A DNA stretch of 64,000 nucleotides from Nitrospirales bacterium (GTDB lineage: Bacteria; Nitrospirota; Nitrospiria; Nitrospirales; UBA8639). The notes under the pieces were generated by a model. It was not told the origin of the DNA, did no database searches, and worked only from the letters and a program-made list of their open reading frames with translations. Shown here piece after piece: positions 9,161 through 18,543 of this stretch. The position numbers and the translations under genes are program-made. The stretch spans positions 2,720,001 to 2,784,000 of the forward strand of contig OY820905.2 in assembly GCA_963555755.3 (NCBI GenBank). The letters are read 5' to 3'. The number at the start of each line of letters is the position of its first letter. The stretch's first letter is position 1.

Positions 9161-9244
9161 TGGTGCCGAAGCCGGGACTTGAACCCGGACGGGTTTCCCC
9201 ACACGCCCCTCAAACGTGCGCGTCTGCCATTCCGCCACTTCGGC
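9161..9244 (-). tRNA. tRNA-Leu(GAG)
   Basis: gccgaagtggcggaatggcagacgcg-cacgt-ttGAGgg-gcgtg...ggttcaagtcc...cttcggcacca; long variable arm, encoded CCA. Confidence 0.96.
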
Positions 9245-9254
9245 ACGGTGGGGG

Positions 9255-9306
9255 ATTATATGTAGGGGTGAAAACGGTTGTCAATCAACCAAACCTCCGG
9301 TACAAT
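9255..9306. promoter_or_regulatory. Overlapping divergent sigma70 promoters (tRNA-Leu and HAD gene)
   Basis: Minus strand TTGACA-N18-TATAAT (9284..9255); plus strand TTGTCA-N17-TACAAT (9278..9306). Confidence 0.7.
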
Positions 9307-9348
9307 TCACTTGATGGATTGTTTCTCACTTTAGAGCTTCAAATTTTG

Positions 9349-10044
9349 ATGTCCGATTCCAATCAGCATTTTCGTTCCCATTCCTCAGTTGACAGTTCTA
9401 TCGGTGCTTTTTTCGACGTTGATAATACGTTGATTCCCGGTCAATCCATTGAAATCCGCTTTGTGCGATATTTGTGGAAAAATGGATTTTTATCCAAACG
9501 GGTGATCGTCGACAGCGCACTCTATTTGTTGTTCAATATTCTTGAGTTTTCCCTGTCCCCTCTTCGCGAACGAAAAATTTATCTTTTGGACAAACGGCCA
9601 GAAGGCATAGAACCTCTGGCGAAGTGGTTTGTACGATCAGAGATCTGTCCACGCCTGTCGTTAAAAGGCACGGCTGCTTTAGCTCAACATCTCCAAGCGG
9701 GGCATCATGTGGCCCTAGTCAGTGGTACGCCGGAATTTCTTGTGAAACCACTCGCACATTTTTTGGACGTGCCCACTGTCCTTGCCGCAAAATTAGAAAC
9801 CAATGAGGATGGCTACACGGGTCGAGTGCTTGCGCCCTATCCATATGGGGAAGGGAAGCGCCGTTTACTCCAAACCTTCGCGGAAACGCATGGGGTGAAT
9901 CTCAATCAAAGCTACGCGTATGGTGATAGTCCCGGCGATATTCAAGCGTTAGAATCCGTGGGACATCCACTCGTGATCAATCCCATTCGCGGAATGGCAC
10001 GGATTGCGAGGCAACACAGGTGGCCTATTGCCCTGTGGAGCTAA
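9349..10044 (+). CDS. HAD-superfamily IB hydrolase (SerB-like)
   Basis: FFDVDNTL motif I, LVSGT motif II, GEGK, YAYGDS.GD motif IV; start reassigned to ATG 9349 downstream of the tRNA. Confidence 0.88.
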   Translation: MSDSNQHFRSHSSVDSSIGAFFDVDNTLIPGQSIEIRFVRYLWKNGFLSKRVIVDSALYLLFNILEFSLSPLRERKIYLLDKRPEGIEPLAKWFVRSEICPRLSLKGTAALAQHLQAGHHVALVSGTPEFLVKPLAHFLDVPTVLAAKLETNEDGYTGRVLAPYPYGEGKRRLLQTFAETHGVNLNQSYAYGDSPGDIQALESVGHPLVINPIRGMARIARQHRWPIALWS

Positions 10045-10153
10045 TTCGTGAAGCGTAAGGCGTGAACACTCCTTATTTCTTTTCTTGCCCCCTCACCAAT
10101 CAACTCACACGCCTTCATCCTCACTCCTCACGGAACACATTCTCGGCAAGAGT

Positions 10154-10855
10154 ATGAATTCTTCGTCCAGTTTACCAGACAATCCATTGACCGAACTGTC
10201 GAATACCCCGCAGTCTTCTCTCCGAATCACGGAAATTTTTCATAGTATTCAAGGCGAGTCCACATATGCCGGGGAACCCTGCGTCTTTGTTCGGTTAACG
10301 GGGTGCCCGCTTCGATGCTCCTGGTGTGATACGGCCTATGCATTTCACGGTGGCACGGATATGAATCTGGAAGCCGTGCTGGACCAGGTCAAAACCTACG
10401 GCTGTCCTTTGGTTGAAATCACCGGAGGAGAACCACTTTCTCAATCAACGGCTTTCGAGTTGATCGCCCGTTTGTGTGATGAACGATTCGAGGTGTTAAT
10501 AGAAACCAGCGGCGCCATCGATATCTCGCCTGTTGATTCGCGAGCCAAGATTATCATGGATATCAAATGTCCCGGCAGTGAAATGGACGACCGTATGCGT
10601 TGGGACAATCTTCAGCACATCGCCCCAAAAGACCAGATTAAATTTGTCATAAGCGACCGTCGAGATTACGATTGGGCTGTAGGGGTGGTGAAGCAGTATC
10701 AACTCACGAATCGGTGTCCTGTATTGTTTAGCCCAGTGTTTGCAGGACAAGAGTTACGACCGCTGGCCGAATGGATTCTTCAAGACCGGTTGCCGGTTCG
10801 CTTTCAAGTCCAGTTGCATAAGTTTATTTGGGCCCCCGATACGCGAGGGGTATAA
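10154..10855 (+). CDS. queE: 7-carboxy-7-deazaguanine synthase (radical SAM)
   Basis: EIFHSIQGE, FVRLTGCPLRCSWCDT, ITGGEPL, QVQLHKFIW; exact start uncertain. Confidence 0.92.
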   Translation: MNSSSSLPDNPLTELSNTPQSSLRITEIFHSIQGESTYAGEPCVFVRLTGCPLRCSWCDTAYAFHGGTDMNLEAVLDQVKTYGCPLVEITGGEPLSQSTAFELIARLCDERFEVLIETSGAIDISPVDSRAKIIMDIKCPGSEMDDRMRWDNLQHIAPKDQIKFVISDRRDYDWAVGVVKQYQLTNRCPVLFSPVFAGQELRPLAEWILQDRLPVRFQVQLHKFIWAPDTRGV

Positions 10856-10950
10856 TTGTTAGCCATATGCCGCTAATCCTAAATTAAAGAGGGGCATTTC
10901 ACACCAATAGCCAATAAACGTTTCATATGAGCCACACACCATCAAAGGGA

Positions 10951-11096
10951 GGGAATGTTCAAAAAAGCATGCCCTGAGTCTTTCGGAAGGGTCTATCCAG
11001 CAAGGCCGCAGCCGTTTTGACGCGCGGAGCGTACTCTTCGTACGTGAGCACGGCAAAAGGGCGAGAACGCCGCTGGCGGCTTTTTTCAACATTCCC
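10951..11096 (+). mobile_element. MITE family A with an inserted mini-hairpin
   Basis: TIRs gggaatgttcaaaaa / ttttcaacattccc; core ccagcaagg...cggagcgtac..gtacgtgag...acgccgctgg. Confidence 0.85.
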
Positions 11097-11114
11097 GGAG
11101 GAATAGGAGAATTT

Positions 11115-12623
11115 ATGAATTGTCAGGTCAAGCAAGGAGATATCAACACAGAAGCCACGGAGGTGTTGGTCTTAGGTGGTTATGAAGATGAGAACACGTT
11201 GCCCAAAACATATCAAGGACTGGATAAAGCGTTGGGTGGACAACTCCAAGAGCTGAGAAAAAACGGAGAGTTTTCAGGCAAGAATCAACAATCGGTGTTG
11301 ATTCATACGCGTGGAGCCGTTCCTGCCAAGCGAATTCTATTGATGGGTTTAGGCAAGAAAAAGGATGTGACCTTAGACCGCGTGCGCCAAGCCATGGGTA
11401 CGGCATCCAAAAAGGTTCGGCAAACCGGGGCACAAAAGTTTTCCGCCCCAATATTAGGAGCCGATGCCCTAAGTGCCTCTGCATCTGACGTCGTCCAAGC
11501 AATGGTCGAGGGGGCTATTCTGGGAGGATACCGCTTCAATCACTATCGATCGGACAATGGGGATGCGTCAAAAGAAGTTCAGTCGATCACACTCATAGCA
11601 AATACTGCGAGCCAAATGAGTGGAATGAAAACCGGCGCGAAGCGCGGAGAAGCCAGTGCCAACGCCACATCATTGGCGCGCGATCTCTGTAACCACCCAG
11701 CCAATGTCATGACCCCAACGCGCGTGGTGAAAGAAGCGAAAAAAATCACTAAAGAATCCAAGGTGAAATTAACGGTGTTGGAACGCAAGCATCAGGAAAA
11801 ATTAGGCATGGGTGGCATGCTGGGCGTATCGCGCGGAAGCCAGGAACCTCCTAAATTTCTTATTCTGGAATATTCCGGTGGCAAGAAAAAAGAACAACCC
11901 ATTGTGTTGGTCGGAAAAACCGTCACCTTCGATTCGGGCGGTATTTCCATTAAGCCCGCCGAGAATATGGAACAGATGAAAGCGGATATGACCGGTGGAG
12001 CAGAGGTACTGGGCGCGGTGCGAGCGGCTGCTCGTCTTAAATTGCCAATCAATCTGATAGGCATCCTTCCTGCTGTGGAAAATATGCCCGGCGGTCGAGC
12101 GACCAAACCAGGGGATATCCTGAATATGCTCAACGGCAAAACCGTTGAAGTGCAAAATACTGATGCTGAGGGCCGACTGATCTTAGCCGACGGCCTGTCC
12201 TATGCCACTCGGCTCAAACCGAAATGTGTGGTTGATATTGCCACGCTGACTGGCGCGTGCATTGTGGCACTGGGCCAATTCGCAATTGGCATGTTGGGCA
12301 ATGATGATAAGTTAAAAGCCGAGTTGAAAAAAGCGGGCGAGCAAGCGGGCGAACGCGTGTGGGAAATGCCGCTCTGGGACGAATATTTCGAACAACTCAA
12401 AAGTGACGTGGCGGACATGCGCAATATCGGTGGCCGTGGGGGTGGCATGATCACCGCTGGGATGTTCTTGAGTAAGTTTGTCGGAGATTACCCTTGGGTA
12501 CATCTCGATATTGCGAGCACGGACTGGAGTGCCTCTGAACGCCCGTACGTCAGTAAAGGGCCAACCGCCATTGGCACGCGATTGTTGGTTCAATTTTTAA
12601 TCAATCGTGCAGGGAATTCATGA
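11115..12623 (+). CDS. pepA: Leucyl aminopeptidase (M17)
   Basis: VGKTVTFDSGG, MKADMTG, NTDAEGRL, DIATLTGA, WVHLDIA. Confidence 0.96.
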   Translation: MNCQVKQGDINTEATEVLVLGGYEDENTLPKTYQGLDKALGGQLQELRKNGEFSGKNQQSVLIHTRGAVPAKRILLMGLGKKKDVTLDRVRQAMGTASKKVRQTGAQKFSAPILGADALSASASDVVQAMVEGAILGGYRFNHYRSDNGDASKEVQSITLIANTASQMSGMKTGAKRGEASANATSLARDLCNHPANVMTPTRVVKEAKKITKESKVKLTVLERKHQEKLGMGGMLGVSRGSQEPPKFLILEYSGGKKKEQPIVLVGKTVTFDSGGISIKPAENMEQMKADMTGGAEVLGAVRAAARLKLPINLIGILPAVENMPGGRATKPGDILNMLNGKTVEVQNTDAEGRLILADGLSYATRLKPKCVVDIATLTGACIVALGQFAIGMLGNDDKLKAELKKAGEQAGERVWEMPLWDEYFEQLKSDVADMRNIGGRGGGMITAGMFLSKFVGDYPWVHLDIASTDWSASERPYVSKGPTAIGTRLLVQFLINRAGNS

Positions 12624-12636
12624 AAGGTCTCTCTCA

Positions 12637-13722
12637 ATGACGGCCCGTGGCACCATCGGACAGCTCTTGATGGTGGGGTTCCAAGGGACAGAACTCTCTT
12701 CGGAATTTATCGACTGGCTTCAAGAATATCGCCCAAGTGGGGTTATTCTGTTTTCACGCAACCTGGTCGATCCCGAACAAGTTGCCCGGCTCACGAATTC
12801 CCTTCAAGAACATGCGCCAAACCCTCCCCTCTTGATCGCGATCGATCAAGAAGGGGGGCGCGTCTCGCGATTACCTCAAGGGTTTACTATCTTCCCTTCA
12901 GCGGTTTCAGTGGCTGCATGTCAATCACCGGATGTGGCCTATGGAGTTGCGGAGATTACAGCCAAAGAACTGCGGGCCGTCGGGATCAACATGAACATGG
13001 CCCCGGTGTTGGATGTGAACAGCAATCCCGCCAATCCCATCATTGGGATTCGGGCGTATGGTAATTGTCCCGAACAAGTCTGCACTTTTGCCATGGCCAC
13101 GATGGAGGGGCTCCGGGACAACGGAGTTATTCCTTGCGGCAAACATTTTCCCGGACATGGCGACACCACGACGGATTCACACAAAGTCCTGCCCGTGGTG
13201 AACGCCGACCGAGCCCGGCTGGATGCCATTGAATTGGCACCCTTTCGCCATGCGATTGGCCACGGGCTCCCGACTATTATGACCGCGCATGTTCACTACC
13301 CTGCTCTTGATGCCGATGCTCCCGCGACCTTGTCTCGCCCTATCTTAACCGACCTCTTGCGGAATGAATTGGGTTTCCAAGGAGTCACACTCACCGATGA
13401 TATGGAAATGCGAGCGATTCTCGATCATGGGTCTATTGGAGAAGCCTCCGCCCGCTCCCTTCAGGCAGGAGCCGACATGGTGCTCATTTGTCATCAACAG
13501 GATCGGCAAACCGAGGCCGTGCTAGCCATCGAGCAAGCGCTGGATCGAGGTGAGCTTTCCATGGACGATCTTACGGCCAGCGCTGATCGTATACACGCTC
13601 TGAAAAAAACCCATCTTTCCTCATTTCAACCCGTCGATCCTTCGCAGGTCTCCCAAACAGTCGGCATTCCCCCCCACAAATCCTTTCTGGGAAAAATTCA
13701 CCGAGTCGCCGCCCGAGTGTAA
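12637..13722 (+). CDS. nagZ: Beta-N-acetylhexosaminidase (GH3)
   Basis: IDQEGGRVSRL, APVLDV, KHFPGHGDTTTDSH, TDDMEM. Confidence 0.93.
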   Translation: MTARGTIGQLLMVGFQGTELSSEFIDWLQEYRPSGVILFSRNLVDPEQVARLTNSLQEHAPNPPLLIAIDQEGGRVSRLPQGFTIFPSAVSVAACQSPDVAYGVAEITAKELRAVGINMNMAPVLDVNSNPANPIIGIRAYGNCPEQVCTFAMATMEGLRDNGVIPCGKHFPGHGDTTTDSHKVLPVVNADRARLDAIELAPFRHAIGHGLPTIMTAHVHYPALDADAPATLSRPILTDLLRNELGFQGVTLTDDMEMRAILDHGSIGEASARSLQAGADMVLICHQQDRQTEAVLAIEQALDRGELSMDDLTASADRIHALKKTHLSSFQPVDPSQVSQTVGIPPHKSFLGKIHRVAARV

Positions 13723-13773
13723 TCTCTTTTCTTTCCAAAGCTGGACTTTCCCCCTTTCAATTTGGTTAGCTAG

Positions 13774-14062
13774 GAGCCTGTCCGAGATTAGCGATCGTAG
13801 CGAGGAGGTGCTGGTTTGAGTCAGATGTTTCGATCGTTTGAGGCGAATAGTGGGACTATTCAACGAAAACGGGGAATGTTCAAAAAGGCCATCCAGCAAG
13901 GCCGCAGGGGTTTTGGCGGGCGGAGCGTACACGGAGTACGTGAGCACGCCAAAAGCCCGAGAACGCAGCTGGGGGCCTTTTTCAACATTCCCCGAAAAGG
14001 ATCGGAAGATCTGGCCACCTCCAGCACATCCGCAGTAGATTCGGCTAATCTGGGACAGGCTC
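13774..14062. mobile_element. MITE family D (CTAG target) containing a nested family A copy
   Basis: TIRs gagcctgtccgagattag / ctaatctgggacaggctc; CTAG on both sides (13770..13773, 14063..14066). Confidence 0.8.
13871..13993 (+). mobile_element. MITE family A, nested copy
   Basis: ggggaatgttcaaaaaggcc ... ggcctttttcaacattcccc with the shared core. Confidence 0.85.
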
Positions 14063-14194
14063 CTAGGCCAACGGCATCGAGTCATCATTTTTCTTGGCAC
14101 GTGACTTTTTTTCTTTCTAAGGATTGTTGCAAAATTGAAACAATCTCGATTGGCCCTTGGTCTTGACACACCATCAATCACAACAAAAGGAACA

Positions 14195-14315
14195 GGGACT
14201 GTTCAAAAAGGCCGTCCAGCAAGGCCGCAAGCAGCGAGAAGGGCGAGGCGTACGCTGCGTACGTTGAGGCCTTCGCGCAATGAGAACGCAGCTGGCGGCT
14301 TTTTTCAACAGTCCC
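14195..14315 (+). mobile_element. MITE family A, variant core
   Basis: gggactgttcaaaaag / ttttcaacagtccc; apical gagg-cgtac..gtacg-ttgag. Confidence 0.8.
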
Positions 14316-14328
14316 TTCGGAGGATTTC

Positions 14329-14724
14329 ATGGGGTTAAAAAAGGGAGACATCATTGATGAACACAAAAACCACCCAGATAGTTGTGGCTTGATGATCAAA
14401 GTCATGGCCGGAGGAGAAGGGTTTGAAAAAATCGTGTGCTGTGGGCATGAATTAACGGAAGAAGATGTCATGCCGACCTTTACCCGCGGTCGAGGACGCA
14501 AGCGAGGGACGTTACCACCTGCCGTCCTCTTGGATGAAAAAAAACTTTACCAGGATTCCTGTGGCCTTCGAGTCATGATCATGGATGGCGGAGCAGGATT
14601 TCAGGAAATCATCTGCTGTGGGCATTCACTCAAACTCAACGCCATGAAAGAACTTAAATATGGCGAAGATCAACGCGGAGGAGAGGAACAGATAGAAGAG
14701 ACAGGGCATTCAGGGACTGCGTAA
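14329..14724 (+). CDS. Small protein with two desulforedoxin-like Cys repeats
   Basis: GGAGG RBS; DSCGLMIKVMAGGEGFEKIVCCGHEL and DSCGLRVMIMDGGAGFQEIICCGHSL. Confidence 0.7.
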   Translation: MGLKKGDIIDEHKNHPDSCGLMIKVMAGGEGFEKIVCCGHELTEEDVMPTFTRGRGRKRGTLPPAVLLDEKKLYQDSCGLRVMIMDGGAGFQEIICCGHSLKLNAMKELKYGEDQRGGEEQIEETGHSGTA

Positions 14725-14918
14725 CGGCCGTGAAACGTAATGCGTAAAAAACCTAAGGTGAAATGGGGAAGGCCCCGCGATTCCTCAACTAGCACAGTAC
14801 ACGAACCCCCTCATAATACCATCTTCTCCTCTCGCATCACGGATAACGCATCACGCATGACGAAACAGGTCTTGCATCTCCGAAACCGGGCATGGCACTA
14901 TATTTTCCCGAACCTACC

Positions 14919-15524
14919 ATGAGTACACTTCCTGAATTCGTCGGTACGATTCATATTTTTTTCGGTCCCTACCGTGGCAACCCGATTGCGCTCTATTTGC
15001 GAAAGAAAGGCGAATCCTGGCACATCTCGCCAACTATCTATCCCTGGAATCGATTTGTGGGAATTGGGGAAAGCGTCAATAAAGCTGCGGCAAATTTCGA
15101 TGTCAATTGGAAAGAAGGCAATCTCGCACCGGAAATGTACTCCGGTCCCCACTGGGAAGGTGGAATAAAACCAGAAAAACCCAAACCGCCACCCAAGCCA
15201 GCAGCTCCCCCACAACCAGCCACGACTGAACCCGCGAAGGCAGAAACACCGGTTGCCGACCTTCCAAAACCCGAGGCGGCTCAAGCCGGAACCGCGAAAC
15301 CAGAAGCCACAAAGCCTTCGACACCAACAAATGCTCCCTCACCAACCAGTGAATCCTCGCAATCCCAAACAGCCAATATCACTCCGGCCCCGCCTGCACC
15401 AGCACTACCCGCAGATACGAATTCTGCATCAGCGGCTCCAGCTCCTCCAGAACCAAAAAGTTCACCACTACCCACCCCAACCAAATCTACTTCAACGGTC
15501 GATCCTCCTAAAAACTCGTCATAA
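14919..15524 (+). CDS. Hypothetical protein with an aromatic N-terminal domain and a long Pro/Ala/Thr-rich tail
   Basis: Long ORF co-oriented with its neighbours; start uncertain (14892 or 14919). Confidence 0.65.
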   Translation: MSTLPEFVGTIHIFFGPYRGNPIALYLRKKGESWHISPTIYPWNRFVGIGESVNKAAANFDVNWKEGNLAPEMYSGPHWEGGIKPEKPKPPPKPAAPPQPATTEPAKAETPVADLPKPEAAQAGTAKPEATKPSTPTNAPSPTSESSQSQTANITPAPPAPALPADTNSASAAPAPPEPKSSPLPTPTKSTSTVDPPKNSS

Positions 15525-15694
15525 ACATAAATCCATTTCTCAACTCTTGGAGACCAACCCCTGTTGTTGATCGACAATGTCAGGCCGGATACCCAAAAGG
15601 GAGGCCCCAACGCAGAGATTTCCCAGGATAAAACTAAAAACGCCAGTCACATGGCCATTGGCCCGTTCATGCCCCTCGGCAGTACTCAGGACGG

Positions 15695-15805
15695 GCTTCG
15701 ACCCTTCGGCAAGCTATGGGTCAGCACGAACGGGATGTCGGGGCGGTCACCCGTTGGGTCAAATGCCATTCGCCCTGAGCGCCGCGGCTTCCGCAGGAGT
15801 CGAAG
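15695..15805. repeat. REP-like palindromic element (cttcga...tcagcacgaacgg...ccctgag...gtcgaag)
   Basis: Related copy at about 51940..52050. Confidence 0.55.
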
Positions 15806-15901
15806 AGATCCGAGAGTTCCAATGGCCGTTTTTAGGATTATTCGTCCTAGCGATGCAAATCCTCCGCCCTATTTTCAACATACACCTTGTTTTTAACTTT
15901 A

Positions 15902-16043
15902 GGGCACCTCTAAAAATCCCGGCATTTTTTGTGAGGGCAAAGAAGCCGCGCGCGGAAAACCGGAGTGTATGGGCGAATACATGAGGATGTGAGCACGTGG
16001 CTGACGCCGCCATCACGGAAAAGGACGGTTTTTAGAGGTGCCC
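15902..16043 (+). mobile_element. MITE family C
   Basis: 15-bp perfect TIRs gggcacctctaaaaa; 4-bp TSD TTTA; near-identical to 35361..35501. Confidence 0.9.
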
Positions 16044-16168
16044 TTTACAACATTTTTCCCGTTTTTGAAGTGGATTTGAGAGTAACGACACAGAGGCGTG
16101 AATATTTCCCGGCTCAATTTTTTCTCAAACACCCCTACCCAATAATGGAAAAGTAGGGGCGAGGAGGG

Positions 16169-16924
16169 CTATTGGCATGACTTGCGTTTGGAAAAGGCTC
16201 GGGCTGCTCTGATAAGCGCTTGAAATAGCTTTTTTTGGATGGGATGGCGTTCGTACAAAAACTCGGGATGCCATTGCACGCCGAGGAGAAACTGTTTGTT
16301 CGGGGCTTCAATGGCTTCGATGATCCCATCAGGGGAAACAGCAGTGGTGAAGAGGCACGAGGGAACGTCTTTGACAGATTGATGGTGCGAGCTATTGACC
16401 TGAATGGTCGCTTTGCCGGCAATGCGCCGAAGCAGTGATCGCGGTTCGATCTGAATAGCATGGGCTATCTTCGTGGCTGAGTAGGTTGGTTGGTGCGAGA
16501 TCGAGGTGTTGAGTTGAGAGTTGATGTCTTGAAACAGGGTTCCCCCCAGCGCAACGTTGATGGATTGCATGCCACCACAGATGCCGAGCATGGGCACATC
16601 GGCTTGGTACGCGATTTTGGAGATGCCTAATTCCAGGATCGCGCGCGCGCTACTCATGCGCGTAAATTTGTATCGTTGCTTCTCTCCGTATGTTTCCGGG
16701 GCAAGGTCTGACCCACTACCGGTGATCAGCAACCCATCAACGTGGGAGACAATTCTCCGCCATGCCCGACGATCAGGCAGGAGTGGAAGAATGAACGGAA
16801 TGCCGCCCGCATCCTCAATGGCTTTGGTATAGCGAACCCGAAGGAAATAGGTGGGCTCTTTTCCACCCATATCCTTGCGATCGCCTGCATTAAAATCTGG
16901 CGTGACGCCGATGATAGGTTTCAT
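16169..16924 (-). CDS. Gamma-glutamyl-GABA hydrolase / peptidase C26 family glutamine amidotransferase
   Basis: KPIIGVT, GLLITGSGSD, LGICGGMQ, VNSSHHQSV, GVQWHPE. Confidence 0.9.
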   Translation of the reverse strand: MKPIIGVTPDFNAGDRKDMGGKEPTYFLRVRYTKAIEDAGGIPFILPLLPDRRAWRRIVSHVDGLLITGSGSDLAPETYGEKQRYKFTRMSSARAILELGISKIAYQADVPMLGICGGMQSINVALGGTLFQDINSQLNTSISHQPTYSATKIAHAIQIEPRSLLRRIAGKATIQVNSSHHQSVKDVPSCLFTTAVSPDGIIEAIEAPNKQFLLGVQWHPEFLYERHPIQKKLFQALIRAARAFSKRKSCQ

Positions 16925-16951
16925 CAAGAATCGCTATCTCACTCCAGTGCG

Positions 16952-17524
16952 TTACTCCGCGTAGGCATCTTCTTCGTAGGGACTCACACCAAAAAATCGA
17001 AGGGGTGTTTTCCCTTTGAGATGATCTGGGGTGATGACGTAATCACCGTAAAAACTGGGCGCCCATACGGCCTGGGCTGTTTCAGTATTTCCTCCGGTCA
17101 ACACCCAGGTGGCGCCTCCGACAATTCCCCCCAATCCCGCATAAATAATCTTCGCGGGGCCATAGGGAAGGGTCAGCAGTGCACTGGCGACACCAAGCCC
17201 GGCTTCTTCAACCGGATCCGAGTCTTCCTGTGCCGCAGCCAGGGTGGCGCCTCCGCCAACCAACAGCACACACATGGCCAACACAAGAAAACACTTGGAC
17301 CAGTTGAACCTAGAAACGGCAGTTGGGCGCCAACCAGCCGTGTAAGATATTGGGGTGCCTGGTGCAATACAAAAAGTCGAGGTCACCTCGGTGGTGATGA
17401 GACATTTTTGTATTGTGCCAGGTGTGCCAAGGGCTAGCGCGGACTTTTGTGATCCACCTGCCGTTTCTAGGTTCATGAATAATTCATGAGATGAGCGCCC
17501 GTTCATAAACTTTTGGGTTTTCAT
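16952..17524 (-). CDS. Hypothetical exported/membrane protein with an in-frame MITE in its N-terminus
   Basis: AAGGAGG RBS before ATG 17524; signal-like CFLVLAMCVLLVGGGATLAAA follows the MITE-encoded segment. Confidence 0.65.
   Translation of the reverse strand: MKTQKFMNGRSSHELFMNLETAGGSQKSALALGTPGTIQKCLITTEVTSTFCIAPGTPISYTAGWRPTAVSRFNWSKCFLVLAMCVLLVGGGATLAAAQEDSDPVEEAGLGVASALLTLPYGPAKIIYAGLGGIVGGATWVLTGGNTETAQAVWAPSFYGDYVITPDHLKGKTPLRFFGVSPYEEDAYAE
17309..17471. mobile_element. MITE family E (163 bp), copy 1
   Basis: cctagaaacggcag...ctgccgtttctagg; same length as, and clearly homologous to, 60905..61067. Confidence 0.9.
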
Positions 17525-17656
17525 TGGTTGTCCCTCCTTAAATGGATCTGCTGGATGGATACAAGACGAATTCTTCCGTGAATTCAAAACTGGTGAGAAG
17601 GGAAATTCCTTGTATTTAACCGATCTCCCCCAAACTTGCAAATGAGTGCTGTTCGG

Positions 17657-18109
17657 TTATGCAGGAAGCTCAATGCCCAATTCTTGTAAAATTTCTTCCT
17701 TCACTACAACTTCTTCCTTTCCTAAGACTTCATCAAGTTCAGCCACCAGAAAGTCTTTGGGCACTCGACTATTTTCTTGTTGGATACCGACTCCTATGGC
17801 CAATTGGAGTTTGACCAAGCATACCTGCTGGACAAATATGTCGTGTCCACGGTCCAGGTAATCCTCCCGTTCCGATTCGGGAAGATGAACCAGGAAGGTG
17901 GGTAACCACTGATCAAAGCCGAAACGTTTGCGAATGTGTGCCATCTGGGCCTGAGACATTTCCACAGCCACCTGAACCCCACCCTTCCAGCTTCGCTTTT
18001 TGACATTAAACACACAGTACACCACATCGGAGGCAGACTCATCCGGTTCGGGTCCATAAAACAAGGTCATGCGGTAAGGGGGAATTTTGGGCGAGGCCAT
18101 ATCCGACAT
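17657..18109 (-). CDS. Hypothetical protein
   Basis: 150-aa ORF with normal composition (TLFYGPE, CVFNVKKRSWKGGVQV). Confidence 0.7.
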   Translation of the reverse strand: MSDMASPKIPPYRMTLFYGPEPDESASDVVYCVFNVKKRSWKGGVQVAVEMSQAQMAHIRKRFGFDQWLPTFLVHLPESEREDYLDRGHDIFVQQVCLVKLQLAIGVGIQQENSRVPKDFLVAELDEVLGKEEVVVKEEILQELGIELPA

Positions 18110-18284
18110 GGCTGAATTGTACCATGGAAGGTGAACAAAACAAGGCTGATACGAATCCTTATCCTGTCAAAACCTGTACCTGCTTTGAGGACCATCTTGT
18201 TTTCCTAAAGGGACTTTTGAAAAAATTGAAATTTTTCAAAATGAAATTGGTCTTTAACATCTTTAGTGACCAAAAAGAGCGAGA

Positions 18285-18450
18285 GGGGCTGTTCAAAAAG
18301 CATGCCCTCGCGGAGGCGGGGGGGTGCGCTCAGCAAGGCCGCAGGCACTTTGGCGCGCGGAGGGTACGTGAGCACGACAAAGGGCCGAGAACGCCGCTGG
18401 CTTGTCTGCCGTAGCCTTGGCGAAGGCTGGCGCCCTTTTTCACCATTCCC
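18285..18450 (+). mobile_element. MITE family A, degenerate, with two inserted mini-hairpins
   Basis: ggggctgttcaaaaag ... cagcaaggccgc ... gtacgtgagcacg ... acgccgctgg ... ttttcaccattccc. Confidence 0.75.
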
Positions 18451-18543
18451 TTCAGGTTGACACCGCAAGTTCTGGGTCATTACCATGATTGCTTAGATCT
18501 ATGTATTAGGAATCCAACGCACTTTAGGCTGAGGGACATCAAT

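Larger units (their letters stand above)
4403..9177. mobile_element. tRNA-Leu-anchored genomic islet, no integrase visible
   Basis: Bounded by an 18-bp direct repeat of the tRNA 3' end; contains IS66, a truncated lipoprotein gene and long non-coding tracts. Confidence 0.7.

Noticed and set aside
9160..9348. N-terminal extension of the HAD ORF in the ORF track
   Set aside because: It runs antisense through tRNA-Leu and its promoter; ATG 9349 is the plausible start.
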